From: Vicugna vicugna
Taxonomy: Eukaryota
Length of the DNA stretch: 64,000 nt
Reading direction: 5' to 3'
Assembly: GCA_013265495.1 (NCBI GenBank)
Contig: MU063255.1
Span: 928,502 to 992,501 of the forward strand
Part shown: one piece after another, positions 12,497 through 24,306 of the stretch
Layout: each line of letters opens with the position of its first letter
How positions within the stretch are numbered: the first letter of the stretch is position 1
The notes under the pieces: model-generated
What the model was told of the DNA's origin: nothing
Databases searched by the model: none
What the model saw: only the letters and a program-made list of their open reading frames with translations
Translations under genes and position numbers: made by a program

Positions 12497-12825
12497 CAGT
12501 GCTGTCCAACAGAAACGCAATACAGGCCGTGTATGCCAGCCACATACGGCATTTTCAATTTTCTAGTAGCCACCTACTAAATAGTAAAAAGAAACAGTGA
12601 CATTAACTTAAATAATATATTTTATTTAACCTAATGTATCTAAAATATTGTCATTTCAACCTGTAATCAATATAAAATATTTGAGATATTTTATACTCTT
12701 TCATACTAAGTCTTTAGTATGAAACTGAGGCATATTTTACACTTTCAGGACATCTCAATTTGGACACTAAATTTAAAGGGCCCAATAGCCACATGGGGCC
12801 AGTGGCTACCACACTGGACAGCATG
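12497..12825 (+). mobile_element. MER33 (hAT-Charlie MITE), near full length
   Basis: Terminal inverted repeats cagtgctgtcca...tggacagcatg, and an internal 'aattttctagtagccac...aaaaagaaacag...catctcaatttggac' matching MER33. Confidence 0.85.
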
Positions 12826-13136
12826 GTTTAGGGGCCCCCAGGCCTGGAGACTTCTGGCTTATAGTTCCTTTGCCCATATACTTGGTGATCTGACTAGACA
12901 CCCCAGTCTGCCTGGGGAGTCCTGGTTTTGTCCTGTTGCCCTGCCTTTATCCTTCATTAAGTGACTACTGAGTTCCTAGTGCCTCCTTTCAGTCTCCTGA
13001 GCATTCCTGGCTGGATGGTAAATTACATGGTCACCCCGCCTGTACCTCTCTGTCCTGGATGGGAGCTGGTGGCTTCTTCCCCATTCTTGTTTCCAGGTGC
13101 CCTCCTCAAAGGGTCAGGCCATTTCTATCCTGGATT

Positions 13137-13285
13137 AAGGGTCAGCAAACTACAGCCCACAAAGCTAAGAATGGTTTTTACATTTTGGAAAGATGGAAAA
13201 AACAAAGAATACGTGACAGAGACAATATTGTCTCCTGCAAAGCCTAGTTTACTACCTGGTCCCTTACAAAGTAAGTTCGCTCATG
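13137..13285 (+). mobile_element. MER58C-like hAT-Charlie MITE, internally deleted
   Basis: 'gggtcagcaaactacagccc...gctaagaatggtttttacattt...gacagagac...gcaaagcctag...cccttaca'. Confidence 0.65.
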
Positions 13286-14184
13286 TAGTTCATTCAATAA
13301 GTCCTCTATTCTCTATCTCCTGGGGAGAAAGGAGGTCAGACCCCAGTTCACAGAGCTCCCCGCACCAGCCATTCCCACTGGGACTGAGGTGGGGAGGCAG
13401 ATCCTTCACCGCCCTCCTGGTTTGACAGTAGGAGGCAGACCACTGCTCCCACTCCTCCTCCCTTACTGCAGTGTGCAGACTCTGCAGGAACATTCTTAAA
13501 GGATAGCTCATCACTCAGCTCCCTTTCCACTCTCTCAGCCTTAGACCATTTCCACTAAACCTCTGCAGTAATATAATTTGGCACTTTGCTTTCAAAGTTC
13601 ATTTCTATTATATCTTAGTATCTATTCAAAGTTTCCATGTTAAGCTCTGGTTACCGTATCACCATCATCATAATCACCATGGCATCACCAACATCATCAT
13701 TCCTAATGTGTTTCCTTGAACAGCCTATGAGGTTGTTTGGGGGGTAGGGTCTCTTTTCTCTTATTTTTGAATCCCTGGCAGCACTTAAGACAATGTCTCA
13801 TACAGCAGGATCCCCAGTAAACCTTGCTGGAATGAAGGAATTAATGACAATTGATTCATACACTCATCACGTCAGCCCAACTGAACAACCCAAGATTCTC
13901 TGAAGACACAGACATCTTTTCCCCAAATGCCTTTGCGTGTACTTCCTGGTATTCTTTCCCCCTTCCCTCCTCACCTACACTCTCCAAGATTCAGCTCAAA
14001 TAATGCGATAATAAAATTGTATGAAAAATTAGAAAGAAATCTCTTGGATGCCCTCAAATATAAAATCACAGCCCCAGGAAGACCATTCCAGATCCTCCCC
14101 AGAAGAATTTGGCACTCCTGTCCCACAGCCGGTTACACACATCCTTCTTCCTGTACTTAAAACAGGGCTCCTTATCTCAGCAGA

Positions 14185-14352
14185 TCTGGGCTCCACATGT
14201 TCCAATCACCCATGAAGACTCTAAAATGTGCTGATGCCTGGGCCCCATTCCAGACCAAGGGAATCAAAATCTCCAGGTTAGGGTCTGGGCATCAGTGTTT
14301 TTTAAATGCTCTTCGGTGACCTAATATTCAGCCAGAGTTAAGAACCACTGTA
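14185..14352. mobile_element. MER5A/B hAT-Charlie
   Basis: 'gctgatgcctgggccccattccagacc...gggcatcagtgttttttaaatgctc...ccagagttaagaaccactg'. Confidence 0.7.
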
Positions 14353-15453
14353 CAAAATAGTGAGCTCCTGGAAGGCAAGGACTATAATTTGTCTCTGCAA
14401 CTCTAGTTATTAGCAAAAATTACCATGGAAGAAATAGTTGTCACATGAAGGAACCATTATGAAGCATAATAGAAATATTAAGAATAATTATGTGAAGTTT
14501 ATTCACAGGAGTTTGTTAGAAACCATCGTGAGATAAACAACTATATATTAATATAACGACTTGTAATTAATTGGACAGGTTTATTTAACCATGTGAAACA
14601 CATAAAAGGACTAGAACCTCAACTAAGCAGTTTCCCCAACTGTGGTGAAACTTGACCTCAAAAGAAATAGAGATGGGTCCTGCAAAAAGACAAATGTGCA
14701 GGCAGTTCGTTAGCATGGCCTCTAACCAAGTACAGAAGACAGACCTCCAAAGACCCCTCGCATAATGTAGATATATTTCAAGGTTGTTATCCTACCACTG
14801 TCAAACCCAGCCTCTCCTTGCCTTCTGCTGTGTGATTTGTACTTGAGACTGGCACGAGAGTTTTTTTTTTCTATTAATTTGTTTGCCAAGCAACACTCGT
14901 GTAATTATGTTGCCTGTTAGTAGCATTAAGCACCAACATATCTCTTGGTTTTCCCTTGTTAATTTGTGCCTCTCCAACATGTAGAGCTAGTAATAGATGT
15001 AGACGTAAGATCATAAAATTGCTGGTGGTCACAGGAGAAGACATGAAGGTCTGCATGCCTTTGCCGGGAATTAACCCACCATGAGCTAGTGTCGTATGGT
15101 GGCAAGATCACAAAAAAAGCTCTGGGTTTGAGTTGGCCCCTGGCACTTACTCTGTGTCTTTGGACAAGTAAGCTCCCCTCTTTGTAACTTGCACAACCCC
15201 TCTCAAAAATGGAAGGTAACAATGAAAACTATTTCAAATGCCCAGCAGAAATATGTGGGTGAAATAAAATAATGGTGAGACAGACACTTAAACTATGAGC
15301 ATTTATGCTAATATGCTTGTTTCATTCATTCACTTGTAAACCCTGGCTATACGCCTAATGTGTCGGGTACTAAAGGGGTACAAATAATAATGATTCTTGC
15401 TCTTCTTGTTATTATAGGGATCACACTATTATCATGAAGTCCTTCTGGAATCT

Positions 15454-16143
15454 TTTGATGGTTAATTTTGTGTCAACTTGACTTGGCCATTGGATGCCCA
15501 GATATTTGGCCAAACATTATTCTGGGTATGCCTGGGAAGGTGTTTCTAAACAAAAGTAACACTGGAATAGGTAGTGAGTTAAGCAGATATTGCCCTCCCT
15601 AATGTGGGTGGGCCTCGTCCAATCAGGTGAAGATCTGAGTAGAACAAATAGAACAAAAAGGCCAAGTAAGAGGAAATTTCTCTCTGCCTGGCTGCACTGA
15701 GCTTGGACATCATTTTTTGTTTGTTTTGCTTTTTTGTTTTGTTTTGTTTTCCCCCCACCCTTCAGACTTGAACTGAAGCATCAGCTTTTCCTGGGGCTGG
15801 AGCCCACCAGTGCTCAGACTAGAACCATACCATCAGTTCTCCTGGGACTCTAGCTTGCTGCCTGCAGATCTTGAGACCTATCAGCTTCCATAATTGTGTG
15901 ACCCAAATCCTTATAATAAATCTCTTTGTATATACAAATAAAAATAAATATCTATTTATACATAAATAGATATAAAAATAAAAAATAAATTCCTTTGAAT
16001 ACGTAAACAAAACCAGTAGGATGTGTGTGTGAGAGTATACACATCCTATTGGTTTTGTCTATACGTACAGATTTAAATATATATACACATACATACACAC
16101 TCACACATCCTATTGGCTTCCCTAGAGGACCCTGACTAATGAA
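15454..16143 (+). mobile_element. MLT2 (ERVL) solo LTR with an expanded, rearranged AT/CA-rich 3' region
   Basis: Starts 'tgatggttaattttgtgtcaacttgact' and ends 'catcctattggcttccctagaggaccctgactaat'. Both are MLT2 termini. Confidence 0.85.
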
Positions 16144-18849
16144 CATCTCTAGCAATATAAACCATTTTGGGAGGGGGCTTCAGAGATAATCCTCTTTAAA
16201 TAAAATCCCTTACATTGACAGAAGTGTTTTCAGTGCATCCGTTCAGTGCATCCTTTCAGTCCATCCATTAGAAGTAGATCTGGTCTTGGGACTGGGAACC
16301 AAACTTAGCACCTCAAAAGAGCAGAGCCCAGGAATGAGGATTTCTAACTGTCTTCCCAGTACTTCAACTGACCCACCCCATCTGGGAACCTCCCATCTAA
16401 GCGGCTTGACTGAGGGCACTAGGAACTGTGGGTCTGCCCTGGTGCCTGAAATTCCATCACCTCAGATTCACAGATTTTGTTTTTCTCTCTTGTCTCTTGT
16501 TAAATGCAGGTGAGCTAGAGAGATAATGCATAAGGCCTTTAACCATAAATGAAAAATATACTTTTCCTGAACTCAGCCCTGATAATGCTCCTCCTGGGTC
16601 CCAACACCTTTGGGGTCTCCCCATTGCTTACATAATAAAGTCCAATCTCCCTTGCAAGTACCTTCAGAATGTGTTCCCGGGATAACATTGTAGGATGCAG
16701 CGGCATCCTCCACGACCATCGCCCCCACACATCTCACAGTCCAACTACCACAAAGCTCCCGTGGGTCCCTTTCTGACGCCATGCATGGCGCCCACTCTCA
16801 CCTCCACCCCGAGGCACGGCCACACCTAACTCTTCCCCTCCAAGTGTTAGCTCAAATGGCACTTCATTCCTGCAACAGCTCTGCCACCTCTCCTGCAGCC
16901 TGCTTTGTATCACAGCCACCGTGTGCACACCTTCCTCAGACAGCGGGTGCTTCTTGAAAGCAGAGGCCTGCTCTTCACGTCTGTGTCCCCAGACCTCTGA
17001 TCTAGCACACAGTGAGCCTCACAGATGTTCGCTGAGTTGAGCCAGGCTGTTTTCCTACATGGTTACCAAGAGGGGCAAATTAAAAGTTGGAGCCTTAGCT
17101 GTAGAATTTGGAAATGATACACAAAGAGAGCATAGGAGGTAGGCCAGGCGGCCCAACGTATCAGTTAGAAGCGGGAGCTTTGCAGAGACCCGCTTGGCCT
17201 CAGTTCACACCACTCCTGCTTATCAGTAACAAGGTGGGTCGTTATCTCACCTTCAGGGGCTTGGTTTCTTCATCTGGACGTGAGGCTGATGATGGTGCTA
17301 ATTCACTAGGCTGTCATGAGGATGAAACAGGCTAAGAATTTAGCACGTCGTCACAGGGCATCCCATTTCCTTAATAAGCTGCACTTGTGGTTAGCTCTTA
17401 TTATTTTATCGATGTTTGAGCAAGCGAGCACAGGCCTGGACAATGGGAGGTTCCCGATTTACGGGTGAGTAGAAGAGTGGGGGAGTCCTCCAGCCACCTT
17501 AGCTCAGGGGACATTTCCGTTTCTGAAGGTTATCCACCTCAGGGGCAAAGAAAAGCCTGAGAGTTATGCCCTCGTCTTCCACGAGCTGCCTCGCTTCCCT
17601 GCTGAATTTCCTTAAGGAATATAGATCCACAGGAGATTTATGTGTGTGCTCTGTTTCCCAACAGTTAAAGCAACTTATTTGCCACCGCTAAGCATTCATT
17701 CTTTTCCTGGAGGTCAACTCACAAGGTGCCTGCTCCCATCAAGGGCAAGACTGATAGACCAGGGCTGCTGACTTGACAGCCAGTGCACGTGAGAGAGGCT
17801 GGCCTCCTCTCTGTCTCTGGGCTGGAAGGAGGAATGGGCCAAACTCTCAAGCCATCCTTGGAACTGAAGAGTGATCTTAAATACCTTTTGATCCAAGCCA
17901 GGGCCCTGGATATGTGACAAGGCTCCCAGGTCTGGATCAGGGAAAACAACTTAGAATGAAGCACAGAGCTGTGGTTGCCAAAGGACACTTGTCTGTGACG
18001 AAGACAGCTCTGCTCTGGGTAAAATGAGAAAAAGAAGGATGACATTGGGAGGTTCACATGAAGGTGGATAAAGGTGAACGGGCTGGGTTTTCTAAATCCA
18101 AGGTTAAGTTCTTTATACTTTTATGATATTAAGATTACTTTCCTTTCTATAACGATGGCAGGCAATGCCAGCTTCCTTGTTTAATGTCCTTTCCTGTAAA
18201 TAAAAGTTGACAACTCTAGGTGCTTTCCCACTTTGCTTGTTTGTGTTACTGGTCTATAAAATCCCCAAGAGTTTGGGACTCCCTGATACCAAGGTGGAGA
18301 ATGAAGCCTCTGGGATCAGAAAGATCCCAATATCTTTGCTCTTTTTCCAAGTTGTGTAACTTGGAGGAATTTACATAACTTCTCCATGTCTCAAAAATGG
18401 TAACAATAACAATAATGCCTACCTGACAGGACCATTTTGTGATGCAGGGAGATACCAGATGGCATGTGGTTAGCATTGGGCCTGGCACAAAGACGGGATT
18501 GGGGGGTGGTTAAATAGGTTTTCAAGGATTCAATCATGTAGATAAAACATTTAAATGAAGAGCAAACTCCAGAAGGAACTAAGAAGCTTTTAATTCCCCA
18601 TGTGGGATTCTTCCTAGATGCAGCCAGTATGCTTTGAGGACTGCTGCTCTTGGATTCAGACAGACTGGGTTTATATGCTACTAATTCGAGCCATTTTCTG
18701 GTCTAATAATTTTAAATAAAGCAGCTAACTTCTCGGAGCCCCTGCTTCTTCATCTGGTAGACTACAATCTCCCGTTTTAGAACACTGAGACACCAGGCAT
18801 TTTACACACATCCTTACTTAATGTACACAGCAACCCCCTAAAAGAGATA

Positions 18850-19497
18850 CAGTTGATTACCATTATTTGCAATAGCAAGGTTCTCTAAATCTGTGTGAAT
18901 CCTGAACCAGTGCTCCTAAGGAAACACAGGGTTAGGCTCCTGTGAGCCCCCAGTCATAACATCTTCATCAACGGAGCAATACACACCTTGTCTCATGTGT
19001 ATTTCTGTTTAAAGACACTTTACTTAATATGTAGTGTTGATTCATTGACGTTGAACCCACAGCCTCAACAGTACTGTAACTCACTCCCAAATGAAGCTTC
19101 TCTCACACGTGTGTTTTCCCCTCAAAGCCCCTCACAGCCTTCTCGTGCTGAGGAACACTCGACAGCACTTCAGCACTACACTTGGGGACCATGTTAAACA
19201 CTGCAATCACCAGCAAAACACACAGAAATGTGAGACACGTGGTACAGGTACGAAACAGACCTCGCGAAGGACCCTTCTTTGACAGTGTGAGAGCTAAAAC
19301 GAAAATGCAGAGACCCTCGCCTTGTTGGACCTCAGCTGGAGACACAGGTGTTGGGCAACTCAAATTTTTGTTGCTCTGCACATGTATGCAAATGACCACC
19401 AAAGTGCCACAAGCACTGACCTGGGGGTTACAAATATATTTTAGTGAGCAGTTGTGCTCATAAATAAGGAATCTGCAAAAAAAAAAAAAATCAACTA
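18850..19497 (-). mobile_element. MER82 (Tigger-derived) near full-length element nested inside a MIR
   Basis: Termini cagttgat...tcaacta with TA upstream. The minus strand retains a degenerate transposase N-terminus (…MVPKCSAEVLSSVPQHEKAV…). MIR halves lie at about 18810-18849 and 19498-19590. Confidence 0.85.
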
Positions 19498-20389
19498 TCA
19501 ATTTCCCTTCACAGATGAGGAAACTGACACTCCAAAGAATTTCTGTCATACAACTAGTTAGTGGCTGAGTTGATTTGAAATTGGTTACATACCTCCCCAA
19601 AGACCCACGTTCTCCCCTTACTAACCCCAGCATCTAGTACTGCCTGTGTCCTGGTTACTCTATCTGTGAAATGGGAGTGGTGTGAATAGCTACCTCACAG
19701 AATGACTGTGAAGATCAAATTGCCTGATGCCCTGGAAGGTGCTTTGTAAACTGTGGAGCGTTCTACAAATGTGAGAGGATTTCATAAGCAGCTTCAATTA
19801 AAGTGAAGTTACACTATCAGTCATTAAGGTTGACCATAATGAACTCCCTGCAACGATTCTCCCACAGTAGAAAGAGTCCAGGAAGAGAAGCAGGACCTTG
19901 AGTGGTCCATGGCTGGGTAGCCCTCACCCCGGTAAGCCATGAAAAGCTGGTGATTCAAGCTAATTCAATGCAGCCTCAGTGGTACCGCTCTTCCAGGGTT
20001 CTGAGAGCAAAGGAAGTACTTACAGTCTACTTTAGTTAAAAGATCAAAATGCAGATTGGATGCACTAAAAAAAAAAAAGGGTTTCTAATGTCAAGTTCTC
20101 TTAGAGACGCCAGTATGAAAATCCATCACCCAGGACCACAAAACAAATCAACAGCAGAAGCATTCACCAGCATTTGCAGATACTGATGAATGGGGGTTTT
20201 GTCTCAAAAACCATCTTCAAGCTTCTTGCTGTGCCTTAATGAGGGAGGGGGCTTGGAGCCTACAGACTTTGTGTTAATTACAAAAGGGTGTTTAATAATT
20301 GAGGACAGACTCATCCAAAGAAGATCAAAATAATTAACCATCTCTGATAAAAAAAGAATTGGTAAGTGGAAGAGAAAGGATTTTAAAAT

Positions 20390-20830
20390 GTTCATACCCT
20401 TTAACTCACTAATTCCACCTCAAGAATGCTAATAAAATGGTCAGATAAGGAAAAATATTGATACACAAAGATGTTCATAGTGTACTTGTTTTTAATTTTT
20501 AGCTTTTATAAATAATAGGGAAATGGTTTTAAAATTATGATATATCCATATAATAAAATACTAAATATAATTTAAAATCATTTTTAAGAATTTTTAACAA
20601 CATGCAAAAAGTATACAGTAAGTGCAAATTAAGTAAAAATAAAAGTAAAAGCAGGGCATAAAAAATATGACTCAAACTGTGTTTGTGTATGCGTGTATTC
20701 CTAAAAACAAAACAAACAAAAAACTGAAAGGAAATATACCCAGTGTTAACTATCATTGATTATTTGTTTGTGAAATTATGAATGGTTTTTATTCTTTTTT
20801 TTAAATCTCCAGGGTTTCTGCTATAAATAT
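20390..20830 (+). mobile_element. Ancient L1ME-like 3' region
   Basis: AT-rich 'ttcatacccttaactcactaattccac...aaagatgttcatag...gaaatatacccagtgttaac...gaaattatgaatggtttttattc'. Confidence 0.55.
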
Positions 20831-22053
20831 ATACTATGATTATTTTTAAGATGGGAAGGCAACAGCACAATGAAAGTACAACCCAATTTGCTGTCACACT
20901 CCACACCAAAAGACTGCTTTGATGAACAGAAGCACAGATTAAACAAGATTTAGCCTGTTCATCTAACAGGTCACTGATCTGTAAAAATATCAGATGTTTT
21001 CAGATTTTTCAAATCATTTATTATTAAGCAACTAGTTGGAGTGTAGCCAACTTAATTAAACAAAGAATATAAGATGGCCCCATCCCCAGAAAAGCCCCTT
21101 GAGGGGGAGCAGAACTCTCCTCTCTTCACCTTTGTTCTGCCAGAACCTTGTGCCTGCAACAGAGCAGGAGCCCAAGAAATATGTATTGAAAGAATAAATA
21201 CATGGGGAAGTATGTTGTCATAAAATCACAGATCAGAAGCCATCTGTCTTCTCTCTCATTCATTCATGTACTCATTCAAAGTTTCATTTGAAAAAAAAAA
21301 TATATACACACGTATGACTAGGCATGGACAGACTTCAAGACACGCAATGACCTGTGATAGACAGTCCTACCACACAAACAAGTAAAGGACATCGTGCAAT
21401 AAAAAAAGTTATGGGTGAAATGCTAAGGGAGCTCAGAAGAGAGAAGAATTTCTCCAGGTAGGAAATTCAGGGAAGGCTCCCTGGAGAGAGTAGGGTTTGA
21501 GCTGGGTGAAGACTGGACATGAGTGAGGTAAGTGAGGAGAAGGCATCTCACTGAAGGGATGACATGAGCAAAGTCTTAAAGGTGGCAATTTACAAGGCTT
21601 AGAGGAAGCAAGCGATGCTTTAGTTTGTCTAGAGCATGAAGACCTCAGCAAGGCAGTGGAGGAGAGGTTGAACCCCGTATTTTAGAACCTGGTTGTACAC
21701 GGAGGGTTTTAAGGTCATGTTGAGATCTGCTTTCTCTCATAGATAAAGCATAACAACGGAAAGCCTCTGGTAGCAGAGTGACCCGTGCAGAGAAATGCTT
21801 TGAGAAGATACGTGGGCAGCAGTGAGTAAAATGGATGGGAAAGGGAGGGGGCAGGATCTGAAGAAGGGCAAAACTCCCCATGGTGAAGATCTCCCGGGAA
21901 GGGCTGGGAACACCCAACCAGCTCAGCAGCTGAAAACTCCAGCTCTCTGCTGCTGGATTTCCTTCACGTTGAGATGCTAAGGACCAAGCTTTAGAGAGAC
22001 GCTTAAACCCTAGGCTCAACCACCAGCTCCCACCCCTCCTCCCCCTCAGAAGC

Positions 22054-22193
22054 NNNNNNNNNNNNNNNNNNNNNNNNNNNNNNNNNNNNNNNNNNNNNNN
22101 NNNNNNNNNNNNNNNNNNNNNNNNNNNNNNNNNNNNNNNNNNNNNNNNNNNNNNNNNNNNNNNNNNNNNNNNNNNNNNNNNNNNNNNNNNNNN
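22054..22193. other. Assembly gap (140 N)
   Basis: Run of n characters. Confidence 1.
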
Positions 22194-22378
22194 GCTCAGC
22201 CCAGACAAGGGAAGGCTTAGATTCTGGAGCAGAATGCCAGGCTTTAGTAGCTCTGGTTCAGTGAAATATTAGGGCACATAGTTTTCCCTTCTGCTTCCTG
22301 TCTTCTAAAGTTGGAATTGCTATGAAAGACTTCCCCTCTGCTTCAATTTATCATGGCAGCAAGTACTGGTAAAAAACA

Positions 22379-23483
22379 TGTTGGAACCGAGCAGAACCCT
22401 GCAGGGCACCCCCCCCCCACGTACAAAGGCCCCTCTATGTCCCCTTGTCTCTTGTTTGAAGTCTCTCAGGCCTTCCCAAGTCACAAAAGAGTAGGCTCAT
22501 GCAGCTAATGATGAGGACAATAGAGTCACAGACTCAGGGTCTGATGCACACTCTTCAGTTGTTTTACAGACACTGTGACTGCCGCCAGAGGGGAAAAGCT
22601 AACTGCATGATGACCAGACTGCAGCCATGACATGAGTGGCTCCATCCTGAGCAGTGCTGAGTCTGTGGCTAACACAAGTCCAAGAACTGGCCCTCAGAGA
22701 ATGGGATTAACACTACTGCTCATAATAATCTCTGTCTTCATGGGCATCAAAATAATTACAGCTTGTTCTGCCCATATATGTAAGCAGGCAACTAAAATTG
22801 GCAGCAGAGAGATGCTATAGACCCATGTCAACATCTTCCACTTTAAGAATACAGCACCCTAGATCAGCACGAAGGAGTTACAGAAGATGGGCCTTCACCC
22901 CTAAACCCACAGAAATGGAATGACTTCTGGCCAGTGGGGGGTTTGTAAGCAGCTCTTTTACCTCTTTCCTGTTTGTCTATTTCTGTTCCCCTTAAACTTT
23001 AATTATAAAAATGAGATCACTAGGTAACATGTAACCTCACTCCTGACTTCTGCTTTACTAAATGCACACAATATCTTGTCTAACCTGTTCATTCTTTCTC
23101 TAGATTAGAAGAAGTAGGAATAAAGAATCACGTAGTTAAAGAATGACTACCTCTCCACCTGCCACCATCCTACAGGCAGACCACGTGGGCAACATCTGAA
23201 GAAAGATCGTGAGGAGTCAGTCGGCCGGCACACAATGGACCATGACACAGAATCCCACCTTCTACCTCAAAAACTACCTGAGATAATTTCCCTGTTTTCC
23301 CTTTAAAAGCTTTCATGGCTGAGCAGAATCTTCAGAGTTGGTTTCTGGGGACATGAGTCCGCCTTTTCCAGATTGCTGGCTTTCTGATTAAAGCAACCAA
23401 CACTGGGCTTTTCTTTCTACCAACATCTGGCTCTCGAATATTGCCTTTTGAGTGGAGGGCAGCTGAACTTGAATTCGGTAACA
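22379..23483 (+). mobile_element. Long (~1.1 kb) ERV1-like solo LTR, family not identified
   Basis: Begins TGTTGG and ends 'ctgaacttgaattcggtAACA'. It has a TATA-like ctttaaaagc (23301-23310) and a poly(A) signal attaaa (23387-23392) in the expected U3/R order. No PBS or internal gag/pol follows. The TSD is not clearly resolved. Confidence 0.7.
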
Positions 23484-23486
23484 ATG

Positions 23487-23530
23487 GTGTGTGTGTGTGT
23501 GTGTGTCTGTGTGTGTGTGTGTCTGTGTGT
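23487..23530 (+). repeat. (TG)n microsatellite, interrupted
   Basis: gtgtgtgtgtgtgtgtgtgtctgtgtgtgtgtgtgtctgtgtgt. Confidence 0.95.
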
Positions 23531-23544
23531 TGAATCTAACCCTG

Positions 23545-23727
23545 TAAACTCTGCTTCTTAAAGTATGGTCTGCAGACCAGCAGCATCCACATTACCTGGG
23601 AGACCGTTAGGAACGCAGAATCACTAGCCAGACTCCAGTACCGGTGAGTCAGAATCTGCATTTGAAGAAGATGCCAGCTGGGTGATTCGTGTGCACATTA
23701 CAATGCGAGGAGCACTGATCTAAGTGA
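23545..23727 (+). mobile_element. MER5A hAT-Charlie
   Basis: 'cttcttaaagtatggtctgcagaccagcagcatc...gtcagaatctgcattt...gtgcacattacaatgcgaggagcactgatctaag'. Confidence 0.8.
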
Positions 23728-24306
23728 CCTAAGCGTCCAGAATTATGATCTCCTAAAGGCCAGGACTATTTCCTTCTTACCTTCACATCCACCAGGCACA
23801 GTGCTTGGGACACAGCCGGTAATCAAAATAGGCCCGTCTTTCCTCTTCAGTGAAATGAGATAATCTCTATCTCAAGAGCTATTGCATGGAGTGAAGAGAC
23901 TATTAAATACAGCACATTCAGGCACAATGCCTGGCGTGAAGGGGGTGCCCAAAGTTCTGATTCCCCCTCATTCGCATTCCCTGTTAAGTGCAGTCGTTGA
24001 ACTGTTGAACCGATAACTTACGTAGAGCAGCCTGGATTTTCTGAAACGTCTGTCTCCTCTAACCCTCACGTTCAGGCAGCAGGAGCTGCCGGCTGTGTTT
24101 CACCAACCAGAAAAGTAGGACTCAGGGAACAGGACGGTGCAAAGCCGTCAGGCAGTAGGGGCAGAGACAGGCTGGGAACCAGGCCCCTTCCAACCCACCC
24201 TTCACCCCGCAGCCGCCCTGTCCATGGTGCACGGCAGATCACACACGCGCCCTCCTAAAAACTCTTCTACCACCTTCAGGGTAGAGCCTAAGCTCTTGTG
24301 CACAGC

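Noticed and set aside
13660-13705. (CAT/CAC)n His-like run
   Set aside because: Simple low-complexity repeat with no surrounding ORF.
19103-19633. 176-aa ORF
   Set aside because: Derived from MER82 and MIR; a degenerate transposase remnant, not a gene.
21645-22208. 187-aa ORF (also 58133-58391)
   Set aside because: The length is an artefact of reading through N gaps.
22375-23483. 'aaca' as a 4-bp TSD of the solo LTR
   Set aside because: Using it would remove the canonical terminal CA from the LTR. It is probably a coincidence, so the TSD is left unresolved.
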